DNA of 64,000 nucleotides from Eutreptiella sp. 'Long Island Sound 2002' (GCA_964036045.1 OZ038378.1:30814001-30878000); one strand, 5' to 3'. Numbered from the stretch's first letter, positions 52,179 through 64,000 are shown. The notes: a model not told the origin generated them from the sequence alone. Numbers and translations are program-made.

Positions 52179-52580
52179 CACCCTGGATTGCAAAAGCCCA
52201 CATAACACAGGATCTAAACTACAGAGCAGCAGGCAATTTGCATTGGGCAGATTTTAATGAAAACGTACAAAGCACACATTCACATTTGAATCCCACAACG
52301 AATGTCCTGGCCATTGATAAATCAGATCCAATTTCATAGTTCATGTGCCATGATGGCCACGACTGCAAGAACCAAATACACACCCTGGATTGCAAAAGCC
52401 CACATAACACAAGATCTAAACTACAGAGCAGCAGGCAATTTGCATTGGGCAGATTTTAATGAAAACGTACAAAGCACACATTCACATTTGAATCCCACAA
52501 CGACTGTCCTGGCCATTGATAAATCAGATCCAATTTCATAGTTCATGTGCCATGATGGCCACGACTGCAAGAACCAAATA
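52179..52580 (+). repeat. 202-bp tandem duplication
   Basis: caccctggattgcaaaagcccacataacac occurs at ~52179 and ~52381; single copy in Helitron copy 1 (~26005-26205). Confidence 0.88.
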
Positions 52581-54762
52581 GACTTCCTTTTACGCCTCAG
52601 CCTCCCCATTTTCAGCCGCAGCGTCCGTCATCTCCGTGTCGGGTTCTGCGGCTGGAGCCTCCTCAGCAGCAGCCTCTTCAGCAACAGCCTCTTCCTCGGT
52701 GGCAGGGGCAGCCTCTTCCTCAGCAGCAGCCTCTTCTGCTAGCCCGTCCTCTGTAGTTTCCTCGCCGTCCTCTGCCATGGGTTCATCGTCCTTCTTCATC
52801 TCAGCAAGGGGCTCAGGTTTAGGTTCAGGAGGCAAATCAATATGCTTTTCTTCAACCACTGTGTAACTGGCCAACCTATGAAAAGCAGGGAAATGACAGC
52901 CCTTCACAAACACTGTGCGTGGATGCACCGTCGAATCCTGGAGGCTGGCTGCCTGCTTGGCTTTGTCAAGACCACCAATCACCGCCCCATAGCCACAAAA
53001 CTGTTTTTGCATGGTGTCGGCATACATGCACAGGGAATGAGTTACCCAACCAGCGAAGCACCTCTGTTTGAGAGCAAACGGCAGACAGAAGTCTGCAAAT
53101 CATGATGACCCAAAACCCCCAACTGATATAAGCAGGGGGGGGGGGGGGTCTGAGCCTGATGCTCACCCATGCAGAGCCCTTCCCCCTCCCCACTGCGAAT
53201 AGCCGTGAAACCCAAAACCTGGCACCCACAGGTGCTGAATCCAGCTCGTTCCCACCCCCTTGACTCCAGTGCCACCCACCATAAGCAAAAGTCTGAACCA
53301 ATTACGTATACGATTTGCCAGAGCGATGCAGGTGGTCAAGGAGAAAAGAATTCAACTTCAGCAATCATGTGCTGCTGAGATGATACAGAACACAATCTGG
53401 GTTGAATGGGGAGGAAATAACAAGCAGTGCCAAGACATGGAGGGAACTGGCGAGTGCCAAAATTACAGGGCCAAAGACACCAGCATACCCCATCCAATTG
53501 ATCTATGAGGGTGTGCTGTGCAGCTCAAATGAGAACGCGCAGAGGACAAGCAACCTTACTGCACCTCAGGCACTCAAACTTGTTTGAAATGCACCATTGA
53601 ACCACCCCCCCCCATCCCCCACCAGAGCAATGCGGATCACTGCAGGCAGATGTCCAGGGCACGAACACGCGATCAGAAGCACCTCCAACATATGTCGCGT
53701 GGAATTTAGCGTGTACTCCCCGATCCACCCAGAGCAGCATGCCATGGTAACTCCAGTTGGGACCCTCAGAGCAGCATGCCATGGTAACTCCAGTTGGGAC
53801 CCTCAAGCCCTCCTTGCTCGGGTCTGATGCGGTCCAGCAGGGTAATGATCTCCACCGCCACAATTGACCTGGAAGGGTTTTCCTCGTGGTACTGGCCATC
53901 CAAACTCTCCAATTTGATATCCTCGGCTTCAACTGTGTGAAATAAAAGCAGCTGTTGGCGAGAGGAAAAAAAAAGGCAAAGAATGCAAAGCTGCTCAATC
54001 CCTTGTCCTCTTGCAAAATTCACCGACCTTCCTGAATGGGAGAGGTAACATGAGTAGGTATAGCGAGACCGAGATGTGGAAATGAGGTGTGGCAGCCACA
54101 TTCAACTGCGGGAGGTATAGCGAGACCGAGATGTGGAAATGAGGTGTGGCAGCCACATTCAACTGCGGGAGCTTGAGTTGGTTCAGGGCTATGCTGCTGA
54201 CCAACCTCGAGCAAAAAAAAAAAAGGCACGAACCTCTTTGATGCAAATGTGGAAGAAGTAGCTAGTTGCAAAGTATCATGAAATTGCACAGCTCTGTCTT
54301 TGCGGTTTAGTGGGGGGGGGGGGGGGGATTTGGCATGACGCCATGGTGTGATGATCTCGTCTGCAGCTGGCGGCGCCTACTGGCCGATCGCCATTCGCTG
54401 CCCTTCCCTTGGACCCTTTCCCTCCATAGGCGGTGGTGCCCATCAGCTTCTCACCACCCTTTGACCTTCCTCTTCCTCCTTGCCCTAACCTTCCCTCTCC
54501 CCTCCCCTTTCCCTTCCCTTAGCCTTTCCCTCTGTAGGCCACCGTGCCCATCGGCCTCACCACACTCCTTCCCTTCCCTTACCCTTGGTCGGTTGTGCCA
54601 ACGGAGCCCCCGGACTTGCCCTGTTTCACTTCTCTGCGTCGAGTCCACGCAGAGGAAGGCAAATGCCTTCGCCGTTGGCCAGGTGCGTCCAAGCGGCCAT
54701 CCCAAGCCGGCGGTGAGGTACCTCTCCCCAACGGCGGCTGGTGGGCCCTGGGATGGCCACTT

Positions 54763-55945
54763 GCATGATGTCTTCCTTGCCTTTCTTACCTTGCCTTGAA
54801 GCACCCACGCTCTGACACAAGCTGCAATTTCAGACCTCATAAATCAAACATAATGCCTCGGGCACAACCATCAGCTTCGTTGCCAAGCTGGGCTCCCCCA
54901 CTTCTTCAAGGAACGGAGGAAGAGAAGAGACCGTTGGATTATATCGATGTCGAAAGTCCCATTGGCCATGATCAAGTGCACCAAAGGCCACGGCGGATGG
55001 GATTACCGAAAATTCGGGAAGTGGCAGCAAAATTATGTGCCGGATGTTACCCTGGAGACCCAAGGCCATGTTGGTATTGCCTTGGGTGGGCGATTCGCAA
55101 CCAACACCGTCGATTGCTGGGTGGAGAGCAATGTACATGTTCTCAATGCACCCGGCTTGCGGAGGACGGAGTACGCGATGATTACGGAAGTGGATCCGGC
55201 TGCTACCACCGAGCCGGATATGACTCGGATTGGTGCTCCGATGAGTCTTCAATCGACCTTTCCTGCGACGACGAGCGAGAATGGGATGAAGATGACTGGT
55301 GGTGAAAGTGGAGATGGGCAAAGCGAAGGAGGGGATAGTGAATTTGGTAAATTGCATGTCTGATTGGGTGGTCCTTTCATCTTGATGCAGGCCCGAGGAA
55401 TTAGAACCTTGGGCAGTGCCCCCTTCCATTGCAGAAGTCCAAGTCAAGACTGCTTCCAATGCTCTGCTCGCTTTGGACGTCGCCGGTGCTGAGCACGCGG
55501 ACCGCGAATGTGAAACGCCTTCTGGAGGGGTGAATGCCCCAGCCACCGCCGATTGGGCCACCATCCAAACACTTCAAAGGTCCGTGACCCCGGGCCGCCT
55601 CCGCACGCAAAGGTCAGCACCACGCAGGATGTCGAAATAAGGAACATTACACCACATCTGCAACCATCTCCATTACTATGCCTGATTGCCAGTGCGCTTA
55701 TTCTCGGTGGAATCATTGGATGCTGTTCCGATCGTCTCACCCTCTGTGCGATGTAACCACGTCACCTGGTGGACGGCATGCTACCCCAAGGCACCAGGCC
55801 TGGAGTCTCCATTACCCTCTTTGCGTTTGGTGGAATGCTGTGCGCCATCGCAGTTTTGCTTGGGATTTCTTTGGGGACAGGATGGATGGTCGGGCCCCAC
55901 ATGTGTTTGTCGAATGATCCTGTCTCTGACGAATGCATTCAAGAC
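54763..55945 (+). repeat. Inverted duplicate of ~49035-50526, flanked by ~650-bp direct repeats (54107-54762 and 56005-56651)
   Basis: ORF pairs 49990-50436(-)/54796-55305(+) and 49935-50342(-)/54947-55363(+) are homologous. The flanking blocks start gcgggaggtatagcgagacc and end gggatggccacttgc. Confidence 0.9.
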
Positions 55946-56743
55946 TTCCCTTGGACCCTTTCTCTCCATAGGCGGTGGTGCCCATCAGCCCATCTGCCCA
56001 TCTGCGGGAGGTATAGCGAGACCGAGATGTGGAAATGAGGTGTGGCAGCCACATTCAACTGCGGGAGCTTGAGTTGGTTCAGGGCTATGCTGCTGACCCA
56101 CCTCGAGCAAAAAAAAAAGGCACGAACCTCTTTGATGCAAATGTGGAAGAAGTAGCTGGTTGCAAAGTATCAATTGCACAGCTCTGTCTTTGCGGTTTAG
56201 TGGGGGGGGGGGGGGGATTTGGCATGACGCCATGGTGTGATGATCTTGTCTGCAGCTGGCGGCGCCTACTGGCCGATCGCCATTCGCTGCCCTTCCCTTG
56301 GACCCTTTCCCTCCATAGGCGGTGGTGCCCATCAGCTTCTCACCACCCTTTGACCTTCCTCTTCCTCCTTGCCCTAACCTTCCCTCTCCCCTCCCCTTTC
56401 CCTTCCCTTGGCCTTTCCCTCTGTAGGCCACCGTGCCCATCGGCCTCACCACACTCCTTCCCTTCCCTTTCCCTTGGTCGGTTGTGCCAACGGAGCCCCC
56501 GGACTTGCCCTGTTTCACTTCTCTGCGTCGAGTCCACGCAGAGGAAGGCAAATGCCTTCGCCGTTGGCCAGGTGCGTCCAAGCGGCCATCCCAAGCCGGC
56601 GGTGAGGTACCTCTCCCCAACGGCGGCTGGTGGGCCCTGGGATGGCCACTTGCGGGGGGGGGGGGGGCAAATGTCCCTGGATGACTGCAAACAACGGAGG
56701 GGAGGGGTAAGGGGGGTATTTGCCTACTTTCGTATTTGCGTAC

Positions 56744-57386
56744 CTGCATTTGCTTGAAAGAGACGGAAATCTCCTCTTTTTCTGCAGCAGCCCCCATTAC
56801 TTGCTTCAACGTGGCAAGCGCCGTCTCACAAGTCTCACGAATGTCATCATAAATAATCTCGTCGACGCCCCTTTCAAGGACGGGCTTCAGAATTGGGATG
56901 AATTGCATGGCATCTCTGCAAAGTTTTTCGTGATGCGTTGTTTCTCGTCAGCATGCTGATTCCCAACCTCACAATATGTTCGCAACGTCAACCACGGGCA
57001 AACGTGCAGCCTCAAAAACGATCTTCGACAACTGGCGTCGTTGCTTCACTCCTTGCGGCTTTTACAAACATACAAGTAACGCACGAAAACCCAGCACAAC
57101 AAAAGTGGCGAAACCCTGGGTCAACGACCAATTTGCAAAGATTGCCAATGACAAGAGCTGCTTTCTGCTTGAATTCTGCCTTCCGCTCCATCGTTCTGCG
57201 ACGGAGCATAGGGCAAAGTAACCCCAATGTGGGCGCATCAACGGTTGAAACGAACGTGGTCATCACAAGCTTGTTAAGTGCCTCGGTCGTTTTGCCGACT
57301 GGATCAGTGTAAGCGGTAATAATGAATCCCATAATGGGCTTCACGTCGGGATTCGCGATGGTGTCGTTGCACACATCCTTGAACAC
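56744..57386 (-). pseudogene. Captured two-exon fragment of an eEF3/GCN1-like HEAT-repeat gene
   Basis: Exon 57386-57115 (acceptor tttcaaag|), a 199-bp GT..AG intron 57114-56916, exon 56915-56744 (donor CAG|gtacgc). Splicing is in frame: TIANPDVKPIMGFIITAYTDP..TTFVSTVDAPTLGLLCPMLRR..KAALVIGNLCKLVVDPGDAMQFIPILKPVLE..IRETCETALATLKQV, matching the eEF3 (TTFV..NMCKLVEDP) and GCN1 (TTFVxSVDAPSL) HEAT segment as I recall them. Confidence 0.75.
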
Positions 57387-57849
57387 CTTTGAAAGGCAGA
57401 AGCACAAGGAGAGAGCACACTCCATACTCCGTTGCCCGTTTTTACAGCGTAGCCACAACGGTTGTTGAATGGACCACGCGGAAACACGGAAAGTACAGAA
57501 ATTGAATAGGGAGTTGCACAATGAGCAAGGCCAGCATGAAGTGAGAATGGACGACCAAAATGGAAGCACAGGGATGGACAGAGGTCAAAAGGGAAGAAGA
57601 AGATGGAATTCCAGCGACGTGTTTGTCTGGCGGGAGAGATTATCAAGCAACTGGTGCTCATGGGAAACAATCAATGGGACCCGTGAACCTATTTGAGGAA
57701 AACTTGGGCGTCCATTAATTGACAGGGGATTGTGTACTTCAAGGTTAGGCAACTCCATGCCCAACTGCGAGAGAAAGTCGAAAACGCACGCGAAACTTCA
57801 GGGTGATAGGTGCTGAATATCAGCAGTTGAGGTTCCACCTTTTAGGTGC

Positions 57850-60800
57850 CTGCAGGTCCAGGAAATCCTCAGACGAGAACGCACAAACGCATTGGCAACT
57901 GACCTGTTTCAACCAGCGGCGACACAAAAAGGGTGTAGAGGAACACCTGCACTGCGCAGCAAACTGTCCACCTCGCGTTGCGTCAACTCCCCAAGAGCAT
58001 ACAGAACACCCTCAATAATATCACGTCGAATCTGCCCAGAGGCCCCCGTGGGTTTGTCAAAATAGTACAATGGCGCTGCCAGCCCCACATTCACGTGCGT
58101 CGTGGTCTGCTTCATAATACGATATCCGCGTGCCCGGTCCTCCTCATCCTGAACCTTTCGCTTTGCCTCTTCATCCTCTCGCTTGGCCTTCAAATCCTTC
58201 TCCCATTTCTTGCGGTCCTCCTCCTGCTTCGCTTTCATTTCCTCCATTTCGCTTCAGCTTCGGCCTTCGCACGCACCTATGAAAAGCAGGGAAGTGACAG
58301 CCCTTCACAAACACTGTGCGTGGATGCACCGTCGAATCCTGGAGGCTGGATGATGCGTGTACATGGCGTTAGCGCAAATCACAGTCGATTCCCCCTTCCA
58401 CTTGCACCTCTTTTCTCTTCTTCACCTCCTCTCACCCATTTGTTGAACAAGGGACCATGAGAAGCAAACTTGTGGACTTACGTGCTGTTGATTTCTATTC
58501 CAAACCCGATTTCCATGTGCAACCCATGTATCCAAAGAGGAAGAAGGTCGGTCACATTGACATGAACCCTTTTTCGGTCTTCGCTAGGACAAGAAGGAAT
58601 CGCTACTTGCTTAGATGAGTCCGAGCTTCCACATTTCCCTCCAAGCCATCACTGGAAAAATTGGCAACGACGAAAAAAGTTATCAGGCTACAAATCCGGT
58701 CGATACCTGAGTCCATGTTGGGAAGGTTTGCAAACTTGACGCATTTGATGGGGCCCATGGTAATTTGTTAGTTGAACGACTCCGACGGCCCACTGGGAGA
58801 CATTTGAAACAAACGCACGACACCTTGTTGCTGTTGATTATTTTTTCGTTGAACTTGCAAAAAGGGTGTAGAGGAACACCTGCACTGCGCAGCAAACTGT
58901 CCACCTCGCGTTGCGTCAACTCCCCAAGAGCATACAGAACACCCTCAATAATATCACGTCGAATCTGCCCAGAGGCCCCCGTGGGTTTGTCAAAATAGTA
59001 CAATGGCGCTGCCAGCCCCACATTCACGTGCGTCGTGGTCTGCTTCATAATACGATATCCGCGTGCCCGGTCCTCCTCATCCTGAACCTTTCGCTCTGCC
59101 TCTTCCTCCTCTCGCTTAGCCTTCAAATCCTCCTCCCGTTTCTTGCGGTCCTCCTCCTGCTTCGCTTTCATTTCCTCCATTTATTTGGCTTTCGCTTCAG
59201 CTTCGGCCTTCGCACGGTCCTATGAAAAGCAGGGAAGTGACAGCCCTTCACAAACACTGTGCGTGGATGCACCGTCGAATCCTGGAGGCTGGATGATGCG
59301 TGAACATGGCGTTAGCGCAAATCACAGTCGATTCCCCCTTCCACTTGCACCTCTTTTCTCTTCTTCACCTCCTTCCACCCATTTGTTGAACAAGGGACCA
59401 TGTGAAGCAAACTTGTGGACTTACGTGCTGTTGATTTCTATTCCAAACCCGATTTCCATGTGGAACCCATGTATCCAAAGAGGAAGAAGGCATGCATTTT
59501 CGAAGTTCGGTCACATTGACATGAACCCTTTTTCGGTCTTCGCTAGGGCAAGAAGGAATCGCGACTTGCTTAGATGAGTCCGAGCTTCCACATTTCCCTC
59601 CAAGCCATCACTGGAAAAATTGGCAACGACGAAAAAGTTATCAAGCTACAAATCCGGTCGATACCTGAGTCCATGTTGGGAAGGTTTGCAAACTTGACGC
59701 ATTTGATGGGGCCCATGTAAATTTGTTAGTTGAACGACTCCGACGGCCCACTGGGAGACATTTGAAACAAACGCACGACAAACGATGGAGGGCATGCTGT
59801 GCAGAGAGGTTCAGGGTACCAAACAATGTTGTGCAGAGGTTCGGAAAAGGCTGAATTTTAAAAACATTCTATTGCCTTTGGCAAGACCACCTCAGGTCCA
59901 GGAAATCCTCGGACGACAACACACAAACGCATTGGCAACCGACCAGTTTCAACCAGCGGCGACACAAAAAGGGTGTAGAGGAACACCTGCACTGCGCAGC
60001 AAACTGTCCACCTCACGTTACGTCAACTCCCCAAGAGCATGCAGAACACCCTCAATAATATCACGTCGAATCTGCCCAGAGGCCCCCATGGGTTTGTCAA
60101 AATATTGGAATGGCGCTGCCAGCTCCTCGTTCACGTGCGTCATAGTCTGCTTCACAATACGATATCCGCGTGCCCGGTCCTCCTCATCCTGAACCTTTCG
60201 CTCTGCCTCTTCCTCCTCTCGCTTAGCCTTCAAATCCTCCTCCCGTTTCTTGCGGTCCTCCTCCTGCTTCGCTTTCATTTCCTCCATTTCTTTGGCTTTC
60301 GCTTCAGCTTCGGCCTTCGCACGCTCCTATGAAAAGCAGGGAAGTGACAGCCCTTCACAAACACTGTGCGTGGATGCACTGTCGAATCCTGGAGGCTGGA
60401 TGATGCGTGAACATGGCGTTAGCGCAAATCACAGTCGATTCCCCCTTCCACTTGCACCTCTTTTCTCTTCTTCACCTCCTTCCACCCATTTGTTGAACAA
60501 GGGACCATGAGAGGCAAACTTGTGGACTTACGTGCTGTTGATTTCTATTCCAAACCCGATTTCCATGTGGAACCCATGTATCCAAAGAGGAAGAAGGCAT
60601 GCATTTTCGAAGTTCGGTCACATTGACATGAACCCTTTTTCGGTCTTCGCTAGGGCAAGAAGGAATCGCTACTTGCTTAGATGAGTCCGAGCTTCCACAT
60701 TTCCCTCCAAGCCATCACTGGAAAAATTGGCAACGACGAAAAAGTTATCAAGCTACAAATCCGGTCGATACCTGAGTCCATGTTGGGAAGGTTTGCAAAC

Positions 60801-63215
60801 TTGACGCATTTGATGGGGCCCATGGTAATTTGTTAGTTGAACGACTCCGACGGCCCACTGGGAGACATTTGAAACAAACGCACGACAAACGATGGAGGGC
60901 ATGCTGTGCAGAGAGGTTCAGGGTACCAAACAATGTTGTGCAGAGGTTCGGAAAAGGCTGAATTTTAAAAACATTCTATTGCCTTTGGCAAGACCACCTC
61001 AGGTCCAGGAAATCCTCGGACGACAACACACAAACGCATTGGCAACCGACCGGTTTCAACCAGCGGCGACACAAAAAGGGTGTAGAGGAACACCTGCACT
61101 GCGCAGCAAACTGTCCACCTCACGTTACGTCAACTCCCCAAGAGCATGCAGAACACCCTCAATAATATCACGTCGAATCTGCCCAGAGGCCCCCATGGGT
61201 TTGTCAAAATATTGGAATGGCGCTGCCAGCTCCTCGTTCACGTGGGTCATAGTCTGCTTCACAATACGATATCCGCGTGCCCGGTCCTCCTCATCCTGAA
61301 CCTTTCGCTCTGCCTCTTCCTCCTCTCGCTTAGCCTTCAAATCCTCCTCCCATTTCTTGCGGTCCTCCTCCTGCTTCGCTTTCATTTCCTCCATTTATTT
61401 GGCTTTCGCTTCAGCTTCGGCCTTCGCACGCACCTATGAAAAGCAGGGAAGTGACAGCCCTTCACAAACACTGTGCGTGGATGCACCGTCGAATCCTGGA
61501 GGCTGGATGATGCGTGAACATGGCGTTAGCGCAAATCACAGTCGATTCCCCCTTCCACTTGCACCTCTTTTCTCTTCTTCACCTCCTTCCACCCATTTGT
61601 TGAACAAGGGACCATGAGAAGCAAACTTGTGGACTTACGTGCTGTTGATTTCTATTCCAAACCCGATTTCCATGTGGAACCCATGTATCCAAAGAGGAAG
61701 AAGGCATGCATTTTCGAAGTTCGGTCACATTGACATGAACCCTTTTTCGGTCTTCGCTAGGGCAAGAAGGAATCGCTACTTGCTTAGATGAGTCCGAGCT
61801 TCCACATTTCCCTCCAAGCCATCACTGGAAAAATTGGCAACGACGAAAAAGTTATCAAGCTACAAATCCGGTCGATACCTGAGTCCATGTTGGGAAGGTT
61901 TGCAAACTTGACGCATTTGATGGGGCCCATGGTAATTTGTTAGTTGAACGACTCCGACGGCCCACTGGGAGACATTTGAAACAAACGCACGACAAACGAT
62001 GGAGGGCATGCTGTGCAGAGAGGTTCAGGGTACCAAACAATGTTGTGCAGAGGTTCGGAAAAGGCTGAATTTTAAAAACATTCTATTGCCTTTGGCAAGA
62101 CCACCTCAGGTCCAGGAAATCCTCGGACGACAACACACAAACGCATTGGCAACCGACCGGTTTCAACCAGCGGCGACACAAAAAGGGTGTAGAGGAACAC
62201 CTGCACTGCGCAGCAAACTGTCCACCTCACGTTACGTCAACTCCCCAAGAGCATGCAGAACACCCTCAATAATATCACGTCGAATCTGCCCAGAGGCCCC
62301 CATGGGTTTGTCAAAATATTGGAATGGCGCTGCCAGCTCCTCGTTCACGTGGGTCATAGTCTGCTTCACAATACGATATCCGCGTGCCCGGTCCTCCTCA
62401 TCCTGAACCTTTCGCTCTGCCTCTTCCTCCTCTCGCTTAGCCTTCAAATCCTCCTCCCATTTCTTGCGGTCCTCCTCCTGCTTCGCTTTCATTTCCTCCA
62501 TTTATTTGGCTTTCGCTTCAGCTTCGGCCTTCGCACGCACCTATGAAAAGCAGGGAAGTGACAGCCCTTCACAAACACTGTGCGTGGATGCACCGTCGAA
62601 TCCTGGAGGCTGGATGATGCGTGAACATGGCGTTAGCGCAAATCACAGTCGATTCCCCCTTCCACTTGCACCTCTTTTCTCTTCTTCACCTCCTTCCACC
62701 CATTTGTTGAACAAGGGACCATGAGAAGCAAACTTGTGGACTTACGTGCTGTTGATTTCTATTCCAAACCCGATTTCCATGTGGAACCCATGTATCCAAA
62801 GAGGAAGAAGGCATGCATTTTCGAAGTTCGGTCACATTGACATGAACCCTTTTTCGGTCTTCGCTAGGGCAAGAAGGAATCGCGACTTGCTTAGATGAGT
62901 CCGAGCTTCCACATTTCCCTCCAAGCCATCACTGGAAAAATTGGCAACGACGAAAAAGTTATCAAGCTACAAATCCGGTCGATACCTGAGTCCATGTTGG
63001 GAAGGTTTGCAAACTTAACGCATTTGATGGGGCCCATGGTAATTTGTTAGTTGAACGACTCCGACGGCCCACTGGGAGACATTTGAAACAAACGCACGAC
63101 AAACGATGGAGGGCATGCTGTGCAGAGAGGTTCAGGGTACCAAACAATGTTGTGCAGAGGTTCGGAAAAGGCTGAATTTTAAAAACATTCTATTACCTTT
63201 GGCAAGACCACCTCA
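57850..63215 (-). repeat. Tandem array, 1107-bp period (~5 units, the first two variant), each carrying a captured exon
   Basis: Repeated ORFs start at 59785, 60892, 61999 and 63106 (+1107 each); variant units at ~57850 and ~58860. Confidence 0.93.
58824..59219 (-). pseudogene. Captured 396-bp phase-0 exon: coiled coil plus a CCAR1/EMB1579-like degenerate EF-hand; repeated in each 1107-bp unit
   Basis: Acceptor cttttcatag| at 59220 and donor AACAAG|gtgtcg at 58824/58823. The peptide HVNEELAAPFQYFDKPMGASGQIRRDIIEGVLHALGELTQREVDSLLRSAG resembles the CCAR1-family C-terminal motif (..ELLxAFxxFD..G...D...IL..LG..LS.REV..L) from memory. An in-frame TAA occurs in some copies (59181-59183), but GAA in the ~60290 copy. 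Confidence 0.55.
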
Positions 63216-64000
63216 CAGAGAATCCACCACCAGCAATGCACTGTGTTCAACCCTGAAAAAAAAAACCGTCTTTATGCGTACGTTGCTGAGCAAGCAAGCA
63301 AGCTGAGCAAACGGCGAAAGAAAGTGCGGTGAAACCAGCACGCACAGTTTTCAGAACACACTGTTTGTTCGATACCTGCGGCCGCGCATCACAAAGGCAG
63401 TATCAAACCACGACGTCGTTGCGAACGTTGCTGCTGACGGCTGTCATACCTCGTTTCACAGGCAGGCACTTCAGCGGGGCAACACACCCAGGGACACACA
63501 CAGGACATACCACTCTGGGATCTGCCGCTGTTGGCATCTTCCACAATTGGATCAGCATATCCTCCCCCACGGAACCAAGCTGAGCAAACGGCGAAAGAAA
63601 GTGCGGTGAAACCAGCACGCACAGTTTTCAGAACACACTGTTTGTTCGATACCTGCGGCCGCGCATCACAAAGGCAGTATCAAACCACGACGTCGTTGCG
63701 AACGTTGCTGCTGACGGCTGTCATACCTCGTTTCACAGGCAGGCGCTTCAGCGGGGCAACACACCCAGGGACACACACAGGACATACCACTCTGGGATCT
63801 GCCGCTGTTGGCATCTTCCACAATTGGATCAGCATATCCTCCCCCACGGAACCAAGCTGAGCAAACGGCGAAAGAAAGTGCGGTGAAACCAGCACGCACA
63901 GTTTTCAGAACACACTGTTTGTTCGATACCTGCGGCCGCGCATCACAAAGGCAGTATCAAACCACGACGTCGTTGAGAACGTTGCTGCTGACGGCTGTCA

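Larger units (their letters stand above)
34344..64000 (-). mobile_element. Giant family-A Helitron, copy 2 (>29.6 kb; 5' end lies outside the window)
   Basis: 3' hairpin-CTAG at 34344; RepHel at 35237-40575. Homology to copy 1 resumes at 50335-52876 and 63035-64000 (matching 26618-27250, which lies ~3 kb from the 5' end in copy 1). Confidence 0.82.

Noticed and set aside
55985-56743. 307-aa ORF continuing beyond the eEF3-like exon
   Set aside because: After KQMQ a GT donor begins, and the remainder is low-complexity G/C-rich duplicated sequence.
1-64000. rRNA, tRNA, LTR/LINE or DDE-transposase genes
   Set aside because: No recognisable motifs (RT, integrase, DDE, TIR/TSD, tRNA cloverleaf, rRNA) were found by eye; small ncRNAs cannot be excluded without a covariance-model search.

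Overview
This is eukaryotic DNA (GT-AG introns, a TTAGGG tract, no prokaryotic features), and nearly the whole window is one polarised, head-to-tail polymer of rolling-circle transposons (Helitrons). I counted 21 hairpin+CTAG 3' termini, all on the minus strand. Layout, left to right: (i) 1-6988, about 3.6 tandem copies of a 1952-bp non-autonomous element (family B); (ii) 6989-8347, a family-B deletion derivative carrying a PIF1 helicase C-terminal fragment; (iii) 8348-15961 and 30045-34343, arrays of 0.65-1.1-kb family-A mini-Helitrons built around a ~180-bp internal repeat; (iv) 15962-30044, a 14-kb family-A Helitron whose RepHel gene has a nonsense codon and a frameshift; (v) 34344 to beyond 64000, a >29-kb family-A Helitron with a nearly intact RepHel (one frameshift) and large cargo. 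That cargo contains co-oriented intronless ORFs: a stand-alone paralogue of the RepHel N-terminal domain ending in a canonical PCNA-binding PIP box, a double GRF-zinc-finger ORF, an F-box-like ORF and a Cys-rich ORF. It also contains a (TTAGGG)6.5 tract at a rearrangement junction and captured spliced host exons (eEF3/GCN1-like HEAT; CCAR1/EMB1579-like EF-hand) that were tandemly amplified inside the element. The most novel candidates are the PIP-box/GRF accessory module and junction sequences suggesting that these Helitrons insert into their own 5' ends. All protein family assignments are by eye from motifs; no database searches were run.
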